DNA of 64,000 nt from an uncultured Gammaproteobacteria bacterium (lineage in GTDB: Bacteria; Patescibacteriota; Microgenomatia; 2-02-FULL-39-11), in the NCBI GenBank assembly GCA_964544585.1, contig CAZJBV010000002.1, positions 3,468-67,467 of the forward strand. The letters run 5' to 3'. Positions 47,846 to 57,241 of this stretch are shown in pieces. Position 1 is the first letter of the stretch, and each line of letters starts with the position of its first letter. The position numbers were made by a program, and so were the translations under genes. The notes under the pieces are model-generated. The model was not told where the DNA came from and searched no databases. It saw only the letters and a list, made by a program, of their open reading frames with translations.

Positions 47846-48966
47846 TACACCTTATTGATTATTTTCAGCCCAAAATCGGCTATCAAGAAACATTCTTGGC
47901 TAAAGAACATTTAAAAATGGAACATGAGACAATAGTCGTCACTTCTGACAGATATTACCCATTTCCCAACTTTAAAGAGTCCGTAGGAAATGTATTAGGC
48001 AAAAGATATGTAGGTATTGGACCTAAGACAGAAGAAAATATCAATATAATAAGATTAAAATCCCTTGAACTTCCCCATACAAACCTCATCTATCTTTTCG
48101 GTCTTGAAAAAACTATTAAAAAAATAAATCCTGATTTAATTCTTTGTCATGGCATTCATTCTTTGACTTCCTATCGCATCGCCAAATTAAAAGAAAAGCT
48201 TTCGGCAAAGCTAATCTATGATACTCACGCCACATCATTCAATACTAATTTTTCCGCCAATTTATTAAAGAGACTTTATCATTACATCCTAAAGATTTAT
48301 TTTTTTCCTTTAATTAAAAAACAAGCCCATAAAATAATTGCCGTGGGTGATGATGAACAACAATTCCTGGGAAGTGAAATAGAAATTCCAAGAGAAAAAA
48401 TACCCATCATTCGTTTGGGCGTAGATACAAATATATTCAACTACTCTCCCAAAAGAGGGCTAGATGTGCGTCGTACTCTTAATCTTAAAAAAGAAGATAT
48501 TCTTATCTTATACGCAGGAAAGATCACACCCAATAAAGAAGTAGATATTCTCATCAAAGCATTTCGCGTATTAAACAGGAAAAATTCTAAACTTTTAATT
48601 ATAGGCGGCAACTTGCCATCTTCTCCTCATATAATTTTTAAGCCCTTTATCCCAAACAAGGAACTACCTGCTTTTTATTCAGCCGCTGACATTGGCGTCT
48701 GGCCAGGTGATTTTTCCATTACCATCTATGAAGCCCTAGGTTGTGGTTTGCCTACAATAGTTGCCAAAACAGAAAGTACCAAATATATTTTGAGTCATAA
48801 AAGTGCCATGGGATTTAATAGGAGAGACGTGAAAGAACTCGTGCGAAAACTAAATATATTATCTTCAAATAAAAAAAAGAGAGACGAACTGACCAACAAT
48901 GCCCGAAGCTTAGTTTCCCAAAAATTATCATGGGAAAATCTCGCCAAGCAATTCCTAGAAATATAA
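47836..48966 (+). CDS. GT4 glycosyltransferase
   Basis: YAGKI...K, ADIGVWPG..SITIYEALGCGLP. Confidence 0.85.
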   Translation: MRIIHLIDYFQPKIGYQETFLAKEHLKMEHETIVVTSDRYYPFPNFKESVGNVLGKRYVGIGPKTEENINIIRLKSLELPHTNLIYLFGLEKTIKKINPDLILCHGIHSLTSYRIAKLKEKLSAKLIYDTHATSFNTNFSANLLKRLYHYILKIYFFPLIKKQAHKIIAVGDDEQQFLGSEIEIPREKIPIIRLGVDTNIFNYSPKRGLDVRRTLNLKKEDILILYAGKITPNKEVDILIKAFRVLNRKNSKLLIIGGNLPSSPHIIFKPFIPNKELPAFYSAADIGVWPGDFSITIYEALGCGLPTIVAKTESTKYILSHKSAMGFNRRDVKELVRKLNILSSNKKKRDELTNNARSLVSQKLSWENLAKQFLEI

Positions 48967-48993
48967 TTTATTGTATAATGTTCGAAGTAAAAA

Positions 48994-49830
48994 ATGAAAA
49001 AAGATAAAATCCAGACCGTAGTAATAACCCCGAATAATAGCTGGAATATTTTCAACTTAAAAGAAATTTTAGATTATCGCGAACTAATTTATATCTTTTC
49101 CTGGCGGGATCTCAAAGTTAAGTACAAGCAAACCCTGTTAGGAATTATCTGGGTAGTATTTCAGCCACTCATTAGCATGATTATATTTACAGTTTTATTT
49201 GGAAACCTGGCCAAAGTCCAATCTGGCAATCTTCCCTACTCCCTATTTGTTCTCATAGGACTGGTTTTTTGGAATTTTTTTTCCGGATCACTTACCAGCA
49301 TAAATGATAGTCTCCTGGCAAATGAAAATATAATTAAAAAAGTTTATTTTCCCAAAATTATACTTCCACTGGCATCATTATTAACCAATTCAGTAGATTT
49401 TATTATCAATACAATTATAGTTATTATATTTGCCATAATTTTAGGCTATCCACCGGGGTTAAATTTTATTATTATTTATCCATTTCTTTTCATACTTGCC
49501 GCCTTTTCCATTCTCGGAATTGGACTATTTATGTCTTCATTAAACGTCAAGTATCGCGATGTCCGCTATATCTTACCCTTTTTTGTGCAAATATTATTCT
49601 TTTTTACGCCGATCATCTATCCCACCTCAATCGTTGCGACCGCGAAAAAATATATTTTGGCTTTAAATCCTATGACTACGGTCATTGAAGGAGCAAGATT
49701 TATTTTCGATCCAGCCTCAAAAGTAAATATCCAGTTTGCCGCCATATCATTATTATCACTAATCATTATCTTTGCCGTCGGCCTTTGGCATTTTAATAAA
49801 ACCGAGAGATTTATCGCCGATATTGTCTAA
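48994..49830 (+). CDS. wzm: Polysaccharide ABC exporter permease
   Basis: RDLKVKYKQT.LG..W...QP, KKVYFP, KYRDV, LNPM. Confidence 0.9.
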   Translation: MKKDKIQTVVITPNNSWNIFNLKEILDYRELIYIFSWRDLKVKYKQTLLGIIWVVFQPLISMIIFTVLFGNLAKVQSGNLPYSLFVLIGLVFWNFFSGSLTSINDSLLANENIIKKVYFPKIILPLASLLTNSVDFIINTIIVIIFAIILGYPPGLNFIIIYPFLFILAAFSILGIGLFMSSLNVKYRDVRYILPFFVQILFFFTPIIYPTSIVATAKKYILALNPMTTVIEGARFIFDPASKVNIQFAAISLLSLIIIFAVGLWHFNKTERFIADIV

Positions 49831-49840
49831 TTCTAAAAAA

Positions 49841-51115
49841 ATGGAACCAATAATTGAAGTAAACAATCTGTCGAAAAAATACAAAATTGGCAGAATCATG
49901 CCTTATTATTCGTTACGAGACGATATTATGAACTTTTTCCATAAACCAAAAGACTTATTAAATAAGGGTCAAAATAAGAATAACTCAAAGGATGAATTCT
50001 GGGCTTTAAAAAATGTCTCTTTCAAAATCATGCCGGGCGAAGTAATTGGAATAATTGGCAAAAATGGTGCCGGCAAGTCTACTCTTCTCAAGATTCTAAG
50101 CAGAATCACGCCCCCCACAGAAGGTAAGGCCATAATTCGCGGGAAACTGGCAAGCCTCCTAAATGTCGGTACAGGCTTTCATCCCGAACTAACCGGAAGA
50201 GAAAATATTTACCTCAATGGTGTAATTTTAGGCATGAAGGGAAAAGATATTAGAAAAAAGTTAGAGAAAATTATCGATTTTGCCGAAATAGAAAAATTTA
50301 TTGACACACCCGTCAAATATTATTCTTCAGGAATGTATATTAGACTTGCCTTCGCGGTCGCTTCACATCTTGAACCGGACATTCTCCTTATTGATGAAGT
50401 ATTGGCCGTCGGTGATTTTGGCTTTCAGAAAAAGTGCCTCAAGAAAATGGGCGAAATTCAGAAAGAAGGAAGAACAATCCTTCTCGTTTCACATGACATG
50501 TCTGCCATAGAATCATTAGCCAACGGTGTAATTTTATTCGTCAATGGCAAAACTAAAGGAATCACTACAGTCGACAAAGGCGTCGATAAATATCTTCATG
50601 TCCAAAAAAGTATTTTATCTCCACATTTCACTCCAGTTAGATTCGCCACCGATAGAAATGCATATATCATCGAGGCTAATATTATTAACAGAGAAGGCAA
50701 TAAGACTACTCAAATACCCGTCTTTGAACCCTTTTTTGTAGAAATTGTTTGGCAAAATAAAAAGGGAGTTCCGGTAACACCAAATTTCGCCATAGACAAT
50801 CAAAACGGCACAAGAGTAATGGTTGCGGGGGATAATCCTATCGATTGGGACGGAAAGAAAAAAAGAAAAAAAGGAAGATATATAAGTAGGGCCAAAATAC
50901 CAGCAAATTTGTTAAACTCCAATACTTATTTTGTTCACATATCTTTGGATACTGCGCTACCATTCAAAAAAAGTTATGACAATTATAAAGAAGCTCTTTC
51001 TTTCTCCATCCTCGATCCCATGGACGAACGAAGTATAGCCAGGGGCGCTTTTCAACACCTAAGAAAGGAATACGCGCTCTGGTCGGCATTAGAATGGACT
51101 TATAAAAAAATATGA
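49841..51115 (+). CDS. wzt: Polysaccharide ABC exporter ATPase with C-terminal domain
   Basis: GKNGAGKST, YSSGM..RLAFA, DEVLAVGD; Wzt_C-type extension; start at ATG 49841. Confidence 0.9.
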   Translation: MEPIIEVNNLSKKYKIGRIMPYYSLRDDIMNFFHKPKDLLNKGQNKNNSKDEFWALKNVSFKIMPGEVIGIIGKNGAGKSTLLKILSRITPPTEGKAIIRGKLASLLNVGTGFHPELTGRENIYLNGVILGMKGKDIRKKLEKIIDFAEIEKFIDTPVKYYSSGMYIRLAFAVASHLEPDILLIDEVLAVGDFGFQKKCLKKMGEIQKEGRTILLVSHDMSAIESLANGVILFVNGKTKGITTVDKGVDKYLHVQKSILSPHFTPVRFATDRNAYIIEANIINREGNKTTQIPVFEPFFVEIVWQNKKGVPVTPNFAIDNQNGTRVMVAGDNPIDWDGKKKRKKGRYISRAKIPANLLNSNTYFVHISLDTALPFKKSYDNYKEALSFSILDPMDERSIARGAFQHLRKEYALWSALEWTYKKI

Positions 51116-52212
51116 TTTCAATCTTTAATACTTATATAGACAAAAATGCAGCTAAAATAGTAAAACATACGCTGGATTCAACATTTATAAGCGAAGGAAA
51201 AGCTGTCAAGGAATTCGAAGCTGCATTATCTAATAAATTAGGCTGGATAAATCCCTTGACAGTAAATAGCGGCACAAGCGCTCTTCATTTGGCTCTAGCT
51301 ACCATCGGCATAAAAGGCGGAGATGAAGTCATTATTCCACCCCAAACGTTTATTGCCACAGGCCTTGCCGTTTTATATCAAGGGGCAAAACCAGTTTTTG
51401 CCGATATAGACTATATGACAGGAAATATCGATACCGAATCCATAAAATCCAAAATAACTCAAAAAACAAAAGCCATAATTCCAGTTCATTGGGGAGGGTA
51501 TCCTTGTGATATGGACGAAATATTAAAAATTGCCCATGAGTATAACCTCATTATCGTTGAAGACGCAGCCCATGCCTTAGGTGCAGAATATAAAAAAAAG
51601 CCAATTGGCTCAATTTCGCCTCTAACCTGTTTTTCTTTTCAAGCCATAAAACATGTTACTACGGCAGATGGAGGAGCCATCTGTTTTAAAGATAAAAATC
51701 TCTATCAAAAAGCTTTTCGTCTGCGCTGGTTTGGCATAGACAGAGATAAAGATAAATCATCAATTTTGGGCGAAAGACAGTATAATCTCCACGAAATTGG
51801 TTTTAAGTACCACATGAATGATTATGAAGCCTCCCTTGGCCTAGCCAATCTCGAATCTATAAACAAACGATTAAGAAAAAGAAGAAAAATAGCAAAACAA
51901 TATAGGGAAAGTTTGGGAAAGATAAGTGGCATTAAGTTGTTTGACTATCGTCAAGACAGAGAAAGCGCCTATTGGCTATTTGGGATGCATGTCGAAAAAA
52001 GGAATGATTTTATTAAAGCTATGAAATCAAAGAACATAACAGTTTCTGTTGTCCACCAAGGTATTGATAGAAATGATATCTTTGGAGGGTTAAGAAAAGA
52101 CCTCCCCAATCAAAGACTATTCGATAAGACTCAAATACACATCCCAGTGCACGAAGGTTTAACTCCGCCTCAAGTACAATATATAATCAATTCTATTAAA
52201 AAAGGGTGGTAG
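51112..52212 (+). CDS. DegT/DnrJ/EryC1/StrS sugar aminotransferase
   Basis: NSGTSALH, EDAAHA, FSFQAIKH.TT.DGG. Confidence 0.9.
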   Translation: MISIFNTYIDKNAAKIVKHTLDSTFISEGKAVKEFEAALSNKLGWINPLTVNSGTSALHLALATIGIKGGDEVIIPPQTFIATGLAVLYQGAKPVFADIDYMTGNIDTESIKSKITQKTKAIIPVHWGGYPCDMDEILKIAHEYNLIIVEDAAHALGAEYKKKPIGSISPLTCFSFQAIKHVTTADGGAICFKDKNLYQKAFRLRWFGIDRDKDKSSILGERQYNLHEIGFKYHMNDYEASLGLANLESINKRLRKRRKIAKQYRESLGKISGIKLFDYRQDRESAYWLFGMHVEKRNDFIKAMKSKNITVSVVHQGIDRNDIFGGLRKDLPNQRLFDKTQIHIPVHEGLTPPQVQYIINSIKKGW

Positions 52213-52219
52213 GTACAAA

Positions 52220-53176
52220 ATGGATTTCTTTTTTTTACATTCTTCCAAACTTATTCAAAGCCAATTAATACTTTTGCAAAAAATGAAGAAAGATAATGAT
52301 AAAGCTAAAGCTCCTTTCAGACCCACTCCGATGTGGAAAGAGATTGGGCGGCAGATTGAAAAAGAATTTCACAAGATAGGTATTGAAATAGCAGAACAGC
52401 AAATATACAATACTATGTTTTCTCAAAGCCTTCCTTCCAATAAACGATATTTTCGCTACGCGCTATGGATGTTATATAAAATTGTAAAAAAAAAGGACAA
52501 GTTTGAATTATTGAAGAAAGTACCATCTACTATTGGTATAGATTCAGGTTTAGCTTATGAATTTGAAGGGATCGTTGTTAATTGGGATCTTTTGATATCA
52601 ATTGATAATCTTTACTCAATTTACGAAATTGATAAACGAATTTTCACAAAGCCACTTATCTTTGTAGATTTGGGTTCCGGTTGGGGTAGATTAGGTTATG
52701 TATTAAAGTCTATAAACAAAAAATGTGTGTATATCGCTCTTGATCTTCCTGAAGCATTACTTATATGTATTACAAGATTAAGTAAATTATTTTCTAAACA
52801 AAAAATACTTTCATATGAAAAGTTACAAACTCAAAGATCGTGGACTAAAGATCAATTGCTATCTTATGATCTAGCATTTGGTGGCCCACAAGATTTAGAG
52901 CGTTGTATGAATAAATCCATAGATGTACTCGTAAATATAGGGAGCTTTCAGGAAATGACTCAACCTCAAGTCAATGCCTACTTAAAACTGATTAACCGCA
53001 AATTAAAAGGTGTTTTCTATACTTCACAATATTGGCAACCTCCACGGATAGCTAAAAAATATGATGCAATTGAAGGATATAACAGCTATCGATTTCCAGT
53101 AACATGGAAAAGGAAGTATTTAAGAAACATATCATACTCCGAAAGATACTTTGAAACTGGATACACTGCATATTGA
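52220..53176 (+). CDS. Putative sugar O-methyltransferase
   Basis: VDLGSGWGRL SAM motif, DLPE, N..SFQEM....V..Y. Confidence 0.75.
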   Translation: MDFFFLHSSKLIQSQLILLQKMKKDNDKAKAPFRPTPMWKEIGRQIEKEFHKIGIEIAEQQIYNTMFSQSLPSNKRYFRYALWMLYKIVKKKDKFELLKKVPSTIGIDSGLAYEFEGIVVNWDLLISIDNLYSIYEIDKRIFTKPLIFVDLGSGWGRLGYVLKSINKKCVYIALDLPEALLICITRLSKLFSKQKILSYEKLQTQRSWTKDQLLSYDLAFGGPQDLERCMNKSIDVLVNIGSFQEMTQPQVNAYLKLINRKLKGVFYTSQYWQPPRIAKKYDAIEGYNSYRFPVTWKRKYLRNISYSERYFETGYTAY

Positions 53177-53197
53177 CTAAAATTACTAAAATGAATT

Positions 53198-53443
53198 ATG
53201 GCTGAGACAAATAACAAAATTAAAAGGCTAAAAAGAATATTCTCGACTGTTTTAGATATCCCGCAAGATTCGATAACTCAAAACACCAAGCAGGAAAATA
53301 TTGGCAGTTGGGATTCGCTCAATCACCTTCAATTGATTATGGCAATTGAACAGGAATTTAAGGTAAAATTTGATATTCCCAAAATACCCTCTTTGACCTC
53401 ATTTACTTCCATAATAAAAGAACTAAATCATGTCAATCGATAA
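53198..53443 (+). CDS. Acyl carrier protein
   Basis: 81 aa, WDSLNHLQLIMAIEQEF phosphopantetheine site. Confidence 0.9.
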   Translation: MAETNNKIKRLKRIFSTVLDIPQDSITQNTKQENIGSWDSLNHLQLIMAIEQEFKVKFDIPKIPSLTSFTSIIKELNHVNR

Positions 53444-54371
53444 GAAACTTATTCAAAAATTAAGGAATTTAAATAGAGGCATTAAGATTCGCAAACTACC
53501 CCTTGCGGAAGCTTCAATCTTTGTCAAGTGTATGAACAATTACTATTCACGCAAAAAAACAAATGATTATTTTAGATGGCAGTTTTACTCATATCCAAAG
53601 TCTATATATTTCGGTGCATTCGATAAAAAAAGATATATTGGAGGTTTTGGTATACAACTTCAGAAAGTTAAGTATTATAACGATATAGTCATTGTCGGAA
53701 AGGGCCTAGATTTAATTGTAGATCCTCATTATCAAAATAGAGGCATAGGCGCACTTCTTGTTTTAAATTGTGAGAAATGGGCAAAGGAAAAAAAAGCATC
53801 TGCCATAATGACTTTATCCAATATCAATGGACAAAGACTTCTATCGAGAATGAACTATAAATTCAAAACTATATACCAAATGGAAAAGAATTTAAAAGGA
53901 AGAATCAAGAAATTTAATTTATCCAAATATCATAAAATAAAGGCAAAACGGAATGAAAAGTTTTATTTCCTAAAAAATGATCAATGGTATACCTGGAGAT
54001 TTTTCCAAAACCCAGAATACAAATATTCGCAAATTAATATATCAGATGAACTCAGGGTTTTCGTCAAGATTTTCAAAGATCCTGAAACTCAAAAATCATT
54101 TGGAGACATCGTTGAAGTAAGTAATACTAAAAATATAGATCTTTTATGGAAAGCATACACAGAAGCTGAAAGATTTTTCAAACAAAAGTCTGTTTCCTCA
54201 ATCACTACCTGGGCATTACCAAATACACTAAATTTTAAAATCACCGGAAGGTTGGGATTTAAAGAGGTAGCAAAGCAGAGATATTTCTGTATTCGTATCT
54301 TAAATAAGAACATTGATCTTGAGAATTTTGATTCTTGGTTTCTAATGCAGTCAGATTCAGAAATATATTAG
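53430..54371 (+). CDS. GNAT-family acyltransferase
   Basis: YF.WQF, DL.VDP.YQNRGIG motif A, Y.WRF..NP. Confidence 0.75.
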   Translation: MSIDKKLIQKLRNLNRGIKIRKLPLAEASIFVKCMNNYYSRKKTNDYFRWQFYSYPKSIYFGAFDKKRYIGGFGIQLQKVKYYNDIVIVGKGLDLIVDPHYQNRGIGALLVLNCEKWAKEKKASAIMTLSNINGQRLLSRMNYKFKTIYQMEKNLKGRIKKFNLSKYHKIKAKRNEKFYFLKNDQWYTWRFFQNPEYKYSQINISDELRVFVKIFKDPETQKSFGDIVEVSNTKNIDLLWKAYTEAERFFKQKSVSSITTWALPNTLNFKITGRLGFKEVAKQRYFCIRILNKNIDLENFDSWFLMQSDSEIY

Positions 54372-54378
54372 AACTCAT

Positions 54379-54726
54379 ATGAACCAATCAGTAGGTACAG
54401 ACATTGTTAAAAATAAAAGAGTAATTGAATTATTCAATAAATATAAGGATAATTTTTTAGAGAAGATTCTAACTCCGGAAGAAGTAACAAGATTCAAAAA
54501 AAATAACAATATCCAAAGTTTGGTCGGAACTTTTGCCGCAAAAGAAGCAACGATAAAAGCACTCCATGATTTAGGATTTACTGAAATCACCATGCAGGAT
54601 ATAGTAATAATATCTCGGGCAAACTCATCTCCGCTGGCGTTCGTTAAGTCTAATGTAAAAATTCATATTTCCATAAGCCACGAAACAGAGTATACTATTG
54701 CAATTGCTTTATGCACAACCACATGA
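54379..54726 (+). CDS. acpS: Holo-ACP synthase (4'-phosphopantetheinyl transferase)
   Basis: VGTDIV, FAAKEA.IKA, HISISHE. Confidence 0.9.
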   Translation: MNQSVGTDIVKNKRVIELFNKYKDNFLEKILTPEEVTRFKKNNNIQSLVGTFAAKEATIKALHDLGFTEITMQDIVIISRANSSPLAFVKSNVKIHISISHETEYTIAIALCTTT

Positions 54727-55649
54727 AAATACTTATAACCGGCGGCCATGGTTTTATCGGTAAACACTTAATAAGTGAGTTAAAAAAAAGGGCTTTAAAT
54801 TCAGAAATCATTCCATTATCAAGGAGGGATGGCTTTGATTTAAGGGACCTAAAAATCACCCAAAAATACGTAAAAAAAATAAAGCCGGATTTTATTTTTA
54901 ACCTTTCCTCTCATGTAGGCAGCGTTCACTATTCAACAATACACGCCGCTGACATCATTTATGACAATACAGAAATGTCTTTGAATCTCTACAAAGCAGT
55001 ACAAGAATATGCACCGCTTGCAAAGATAATAAACCCATTGTCTAATTGCTCTTACCCCGGTGATGCTGACATTCATTATGAACCAGACTGGTGGAAGGGA
55101 GAAGTGCACGACAGTGTCATTGCCTCCGGAAATTCAAGGCGGATGCTATATGTTATATCAAAGTGTTTTAATATGCAGTATGGCATAAAAACATATAATT
55201 TCCTCGTTCCAAACTCATTTGGTCCAGGCGACTATACAGATCCGAATAAAACGCATGCCCTAAATGGCATGATCATCCGCATGCTTAAAGCGCACAAAAA
55301 TAAAGAAAAAATTTTTGAAATCTGGGGAACGGGAAAACCAATAAGGGAATGGGGGTACGTAAAAGACATTGTCAGGATTCTTAGCAAAAGTTTAACATTA
55401 AAGACAGATTTAATTTATCCAGTAAATATAGCCCAAAATAAAGGCTATTCAATAAAAGAATCTGCCCATATGATAAAAGAAGCCATAGGTTTTAAAGGGA
55501 AAATTGTCTTTAATACAAAATATCAGGATGGCGCAGCCAGAAAAATCTTGGATAATAGAAGATTCAAAAAAATTTTCCCTAATTTTATGTTTACGGATCA
55601 TAAACAGGGGATAGAAGAGACAATCAAGTACTATAATAAAGTTTTATGA
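54723..55649 (+). CDS. GDP-fucose-synthase-like extended SDR
   Basis: TGGHGFIG, N.FGPGD, THAL, IWGTGKPIREW; the YxxxK site appears altered (SGNSRR). Confidence 0.75.
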   Translation: MKILITGGHGFIGKHLISELKKRALNSEIIPLSRRDGFDLRDLKITQKYVKKIKPDFIFNLSSHVGSVHYSTIHAADIIYDNTEMSLNLYKAVQEYAPLAKIINPLSNCSYPGDADIHYEPDWWKGEVHDSVIASGNSRRMLYVISKCFNMQYGIKTYNFLVPNSFGPGDYTDPNKTHALNGMIIRMLKAHKNKEKIFEIWGTGKPIREWGYVKDIVRILSKSLTLKTDLIYPVNIAQNKGYSIKESAHMIKEAIGFKGKIVFNTKYQDGAARKILDNRRFKKIFPNFMFTDHKQGIEETIKYYNKVL

Positions 55650-55666
55650 TATGAATCTTATAAATC

Positions 55667-57241
55667 ATGTTGCAAAAGCTATTCATAATTTTGGCTTTTC
55701 TTCTCTTAGGAATATTTTTTCACTTTATTCCCAATAAAGGAATTCCCTTAAATAGCGACGTCACCTGGATCTTCCGCCTGCAAACAGTTAATGATGCTAA
55801 TCTCCAAAAATCTATCCCTTCTGGCTTAAGACTGATGGGTGCATTTAAACAGAATTTTTGGCAATATTTCATCGACTGGTATCAGCTAACTGGACGTTGG
55901 AATATTTTTGATATTGCCTCATTTCGTCTTTTAGCCATCATAGGAGGAAACAATGCAGATATATGGCGTTTATTTTATATCATTATATTAAGTGGCAGTG
56001 TGAGTCTATTCTATCTAATATCTAAGGAATTAAAAATACCAACTCTCATCTCATTATTCCTTTCTCTAGGATTATTTTTCTATCCACTGGATGCCTGGAC
56101 AGATCATAAAACAGCCGAACCAAAAGCCTTGCTTTTTTTACTTATAGCCATTTATTCATCTTTGAAATGGAAACATCTTCTTGGATCAATTACAGCAAGT
56201 TTGGCTATGCTTTTTTCTATCTTATCAAAAGAGTCGTTCATAATTTTCTGGCTTATTATCCCAGCCATTTCTTTTACCCAAATAAAAATAAGGAAAAAGA
56301 GCTGGAAAGATTTTAATTATTTTTTATTTCCCCACTTAGCAAGCCTTTCTTTAATCTTATTCTATGTAATATTTCTAAAATTGAATTTTCCCCAAGATAC
56401 TCGCGGCTATATTTTAACCAATGCGAATAATGTGATTCCTTTTTTTATATTTTTTCAGAATTATATTTATCAATTATTTCAAGGATTTATTATTCCAAAG
56501 CCCATTATTTATCAAGTAGGACTTCTCTTTCTAACTTTATTAATTCTGATAAAAGCACATCTCAAAATCAAAAAGAAATATTTTTTTGAATATATAAAAA
56601 GATTAAATTTTATACTTTTAGGAACTTTGATAATAACTATAGTATTGCACGGAATGATTTATTATCTAACCGGACGCAATATCTCCGGTAGATATGTAAT
56701 TCCGGCAAATTATATTGCTCTATTAACTATAGTTTTACTTTTTAAACCAATCTTAATAGAAAGTTTAAAGAATATCAGAAGAAAAAAAATGTTTGTCATG
56801 GTAGTTACCCCTCTTTTTTTAATATTCATAATTACTTCAATAAAAATTAGAATTTTACCAAACGCAGCTCAAAATAGGTTAGACCAGGATAAATGGCAAG
56901 GATTAATCGAAGAAGTATCCCAAAAGGCTCCCACCAATAGTCATATTGTCTTAAAATTTGCCGAGCCATATATGATTGAAACCGCTCAAAGTCTTGAAGC
57001 AAATACACTTCTTCGAGGTCGATACGATTTAATCTATCACTTGGAATTTAAAGATACTCAGGCTTATCAACAAGACTCCGGATTTCTGAAATATTTAGTG
57101 GATTCTTATAATAAGTCGAGAAAATTAATTCCTCCCCAAGGAAATCGAAATATTTTATACGTTAAAGCAGATAGAAAAGGTGGAAATGGATTGCCATATC
57201 TCAATTACGAACTGTCACTGGATTCATCTCTACATCCATAG
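55667..57241 (+). CDS. Multi-pass membrane protein (GT-C-like, uncertain)
   Basis: About 11 TM, SD, TGR, SKES and RY motifs, soluble C-terminus. Confidence 0.6.
   Translation: MLQKLFIILAFLLLGIFFHFIPNKGIPLNSDVTWIFRLQTVNDANLQKSIPSGLRLMGAFKQNFWQYFIDWYQLTGRWNIFDIASFRLLAIIGGNNADIWRLFYIIILSGSVSLFYLISKELKIPTLISLFLSLGLFFYPLDAWTDHKTAEPKALLFLLIAIYSSLKWKHLLGSITASLAMLFSILSKESFIIFWLIIPAISFTQIKIRKKSWKDFNYFLFPHLASLSLILFYVIFLKLNFPQDTRGYILTNANNVIPFFIFFQNYIYQLFQGFIIPKPIIYQVGLLFLTLLILIKAHLKIKKKYFFEYIKRLNFILLGTLIITIVLHGMIYYLTGRNISGRYVIPANYIALLTIVLLFKPILIESLKNIRRKKMFVMVVTPLFLIFIITSIKIRILPNAAQNRLDQDKWQGLIEEVSQKAPTNSHIVLKFAEPYMIETAQSLEANTLLRGRYDLIYHLEFKDTQAYQQDSGFLKYLVDSYNKSRKLIPPQGNRNILYVKADRKGGNGLPYLNYELSLDSSLHP

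Noticed and set aside
10846-54379. TAGAACTCATA shared by two short intergenic gaps (10846 and 54369), similar to the MITE end TAGAACT
   Set aside because: An 11-bp AT-rich match with no partner inverted end; cannot be distinguished from chance.
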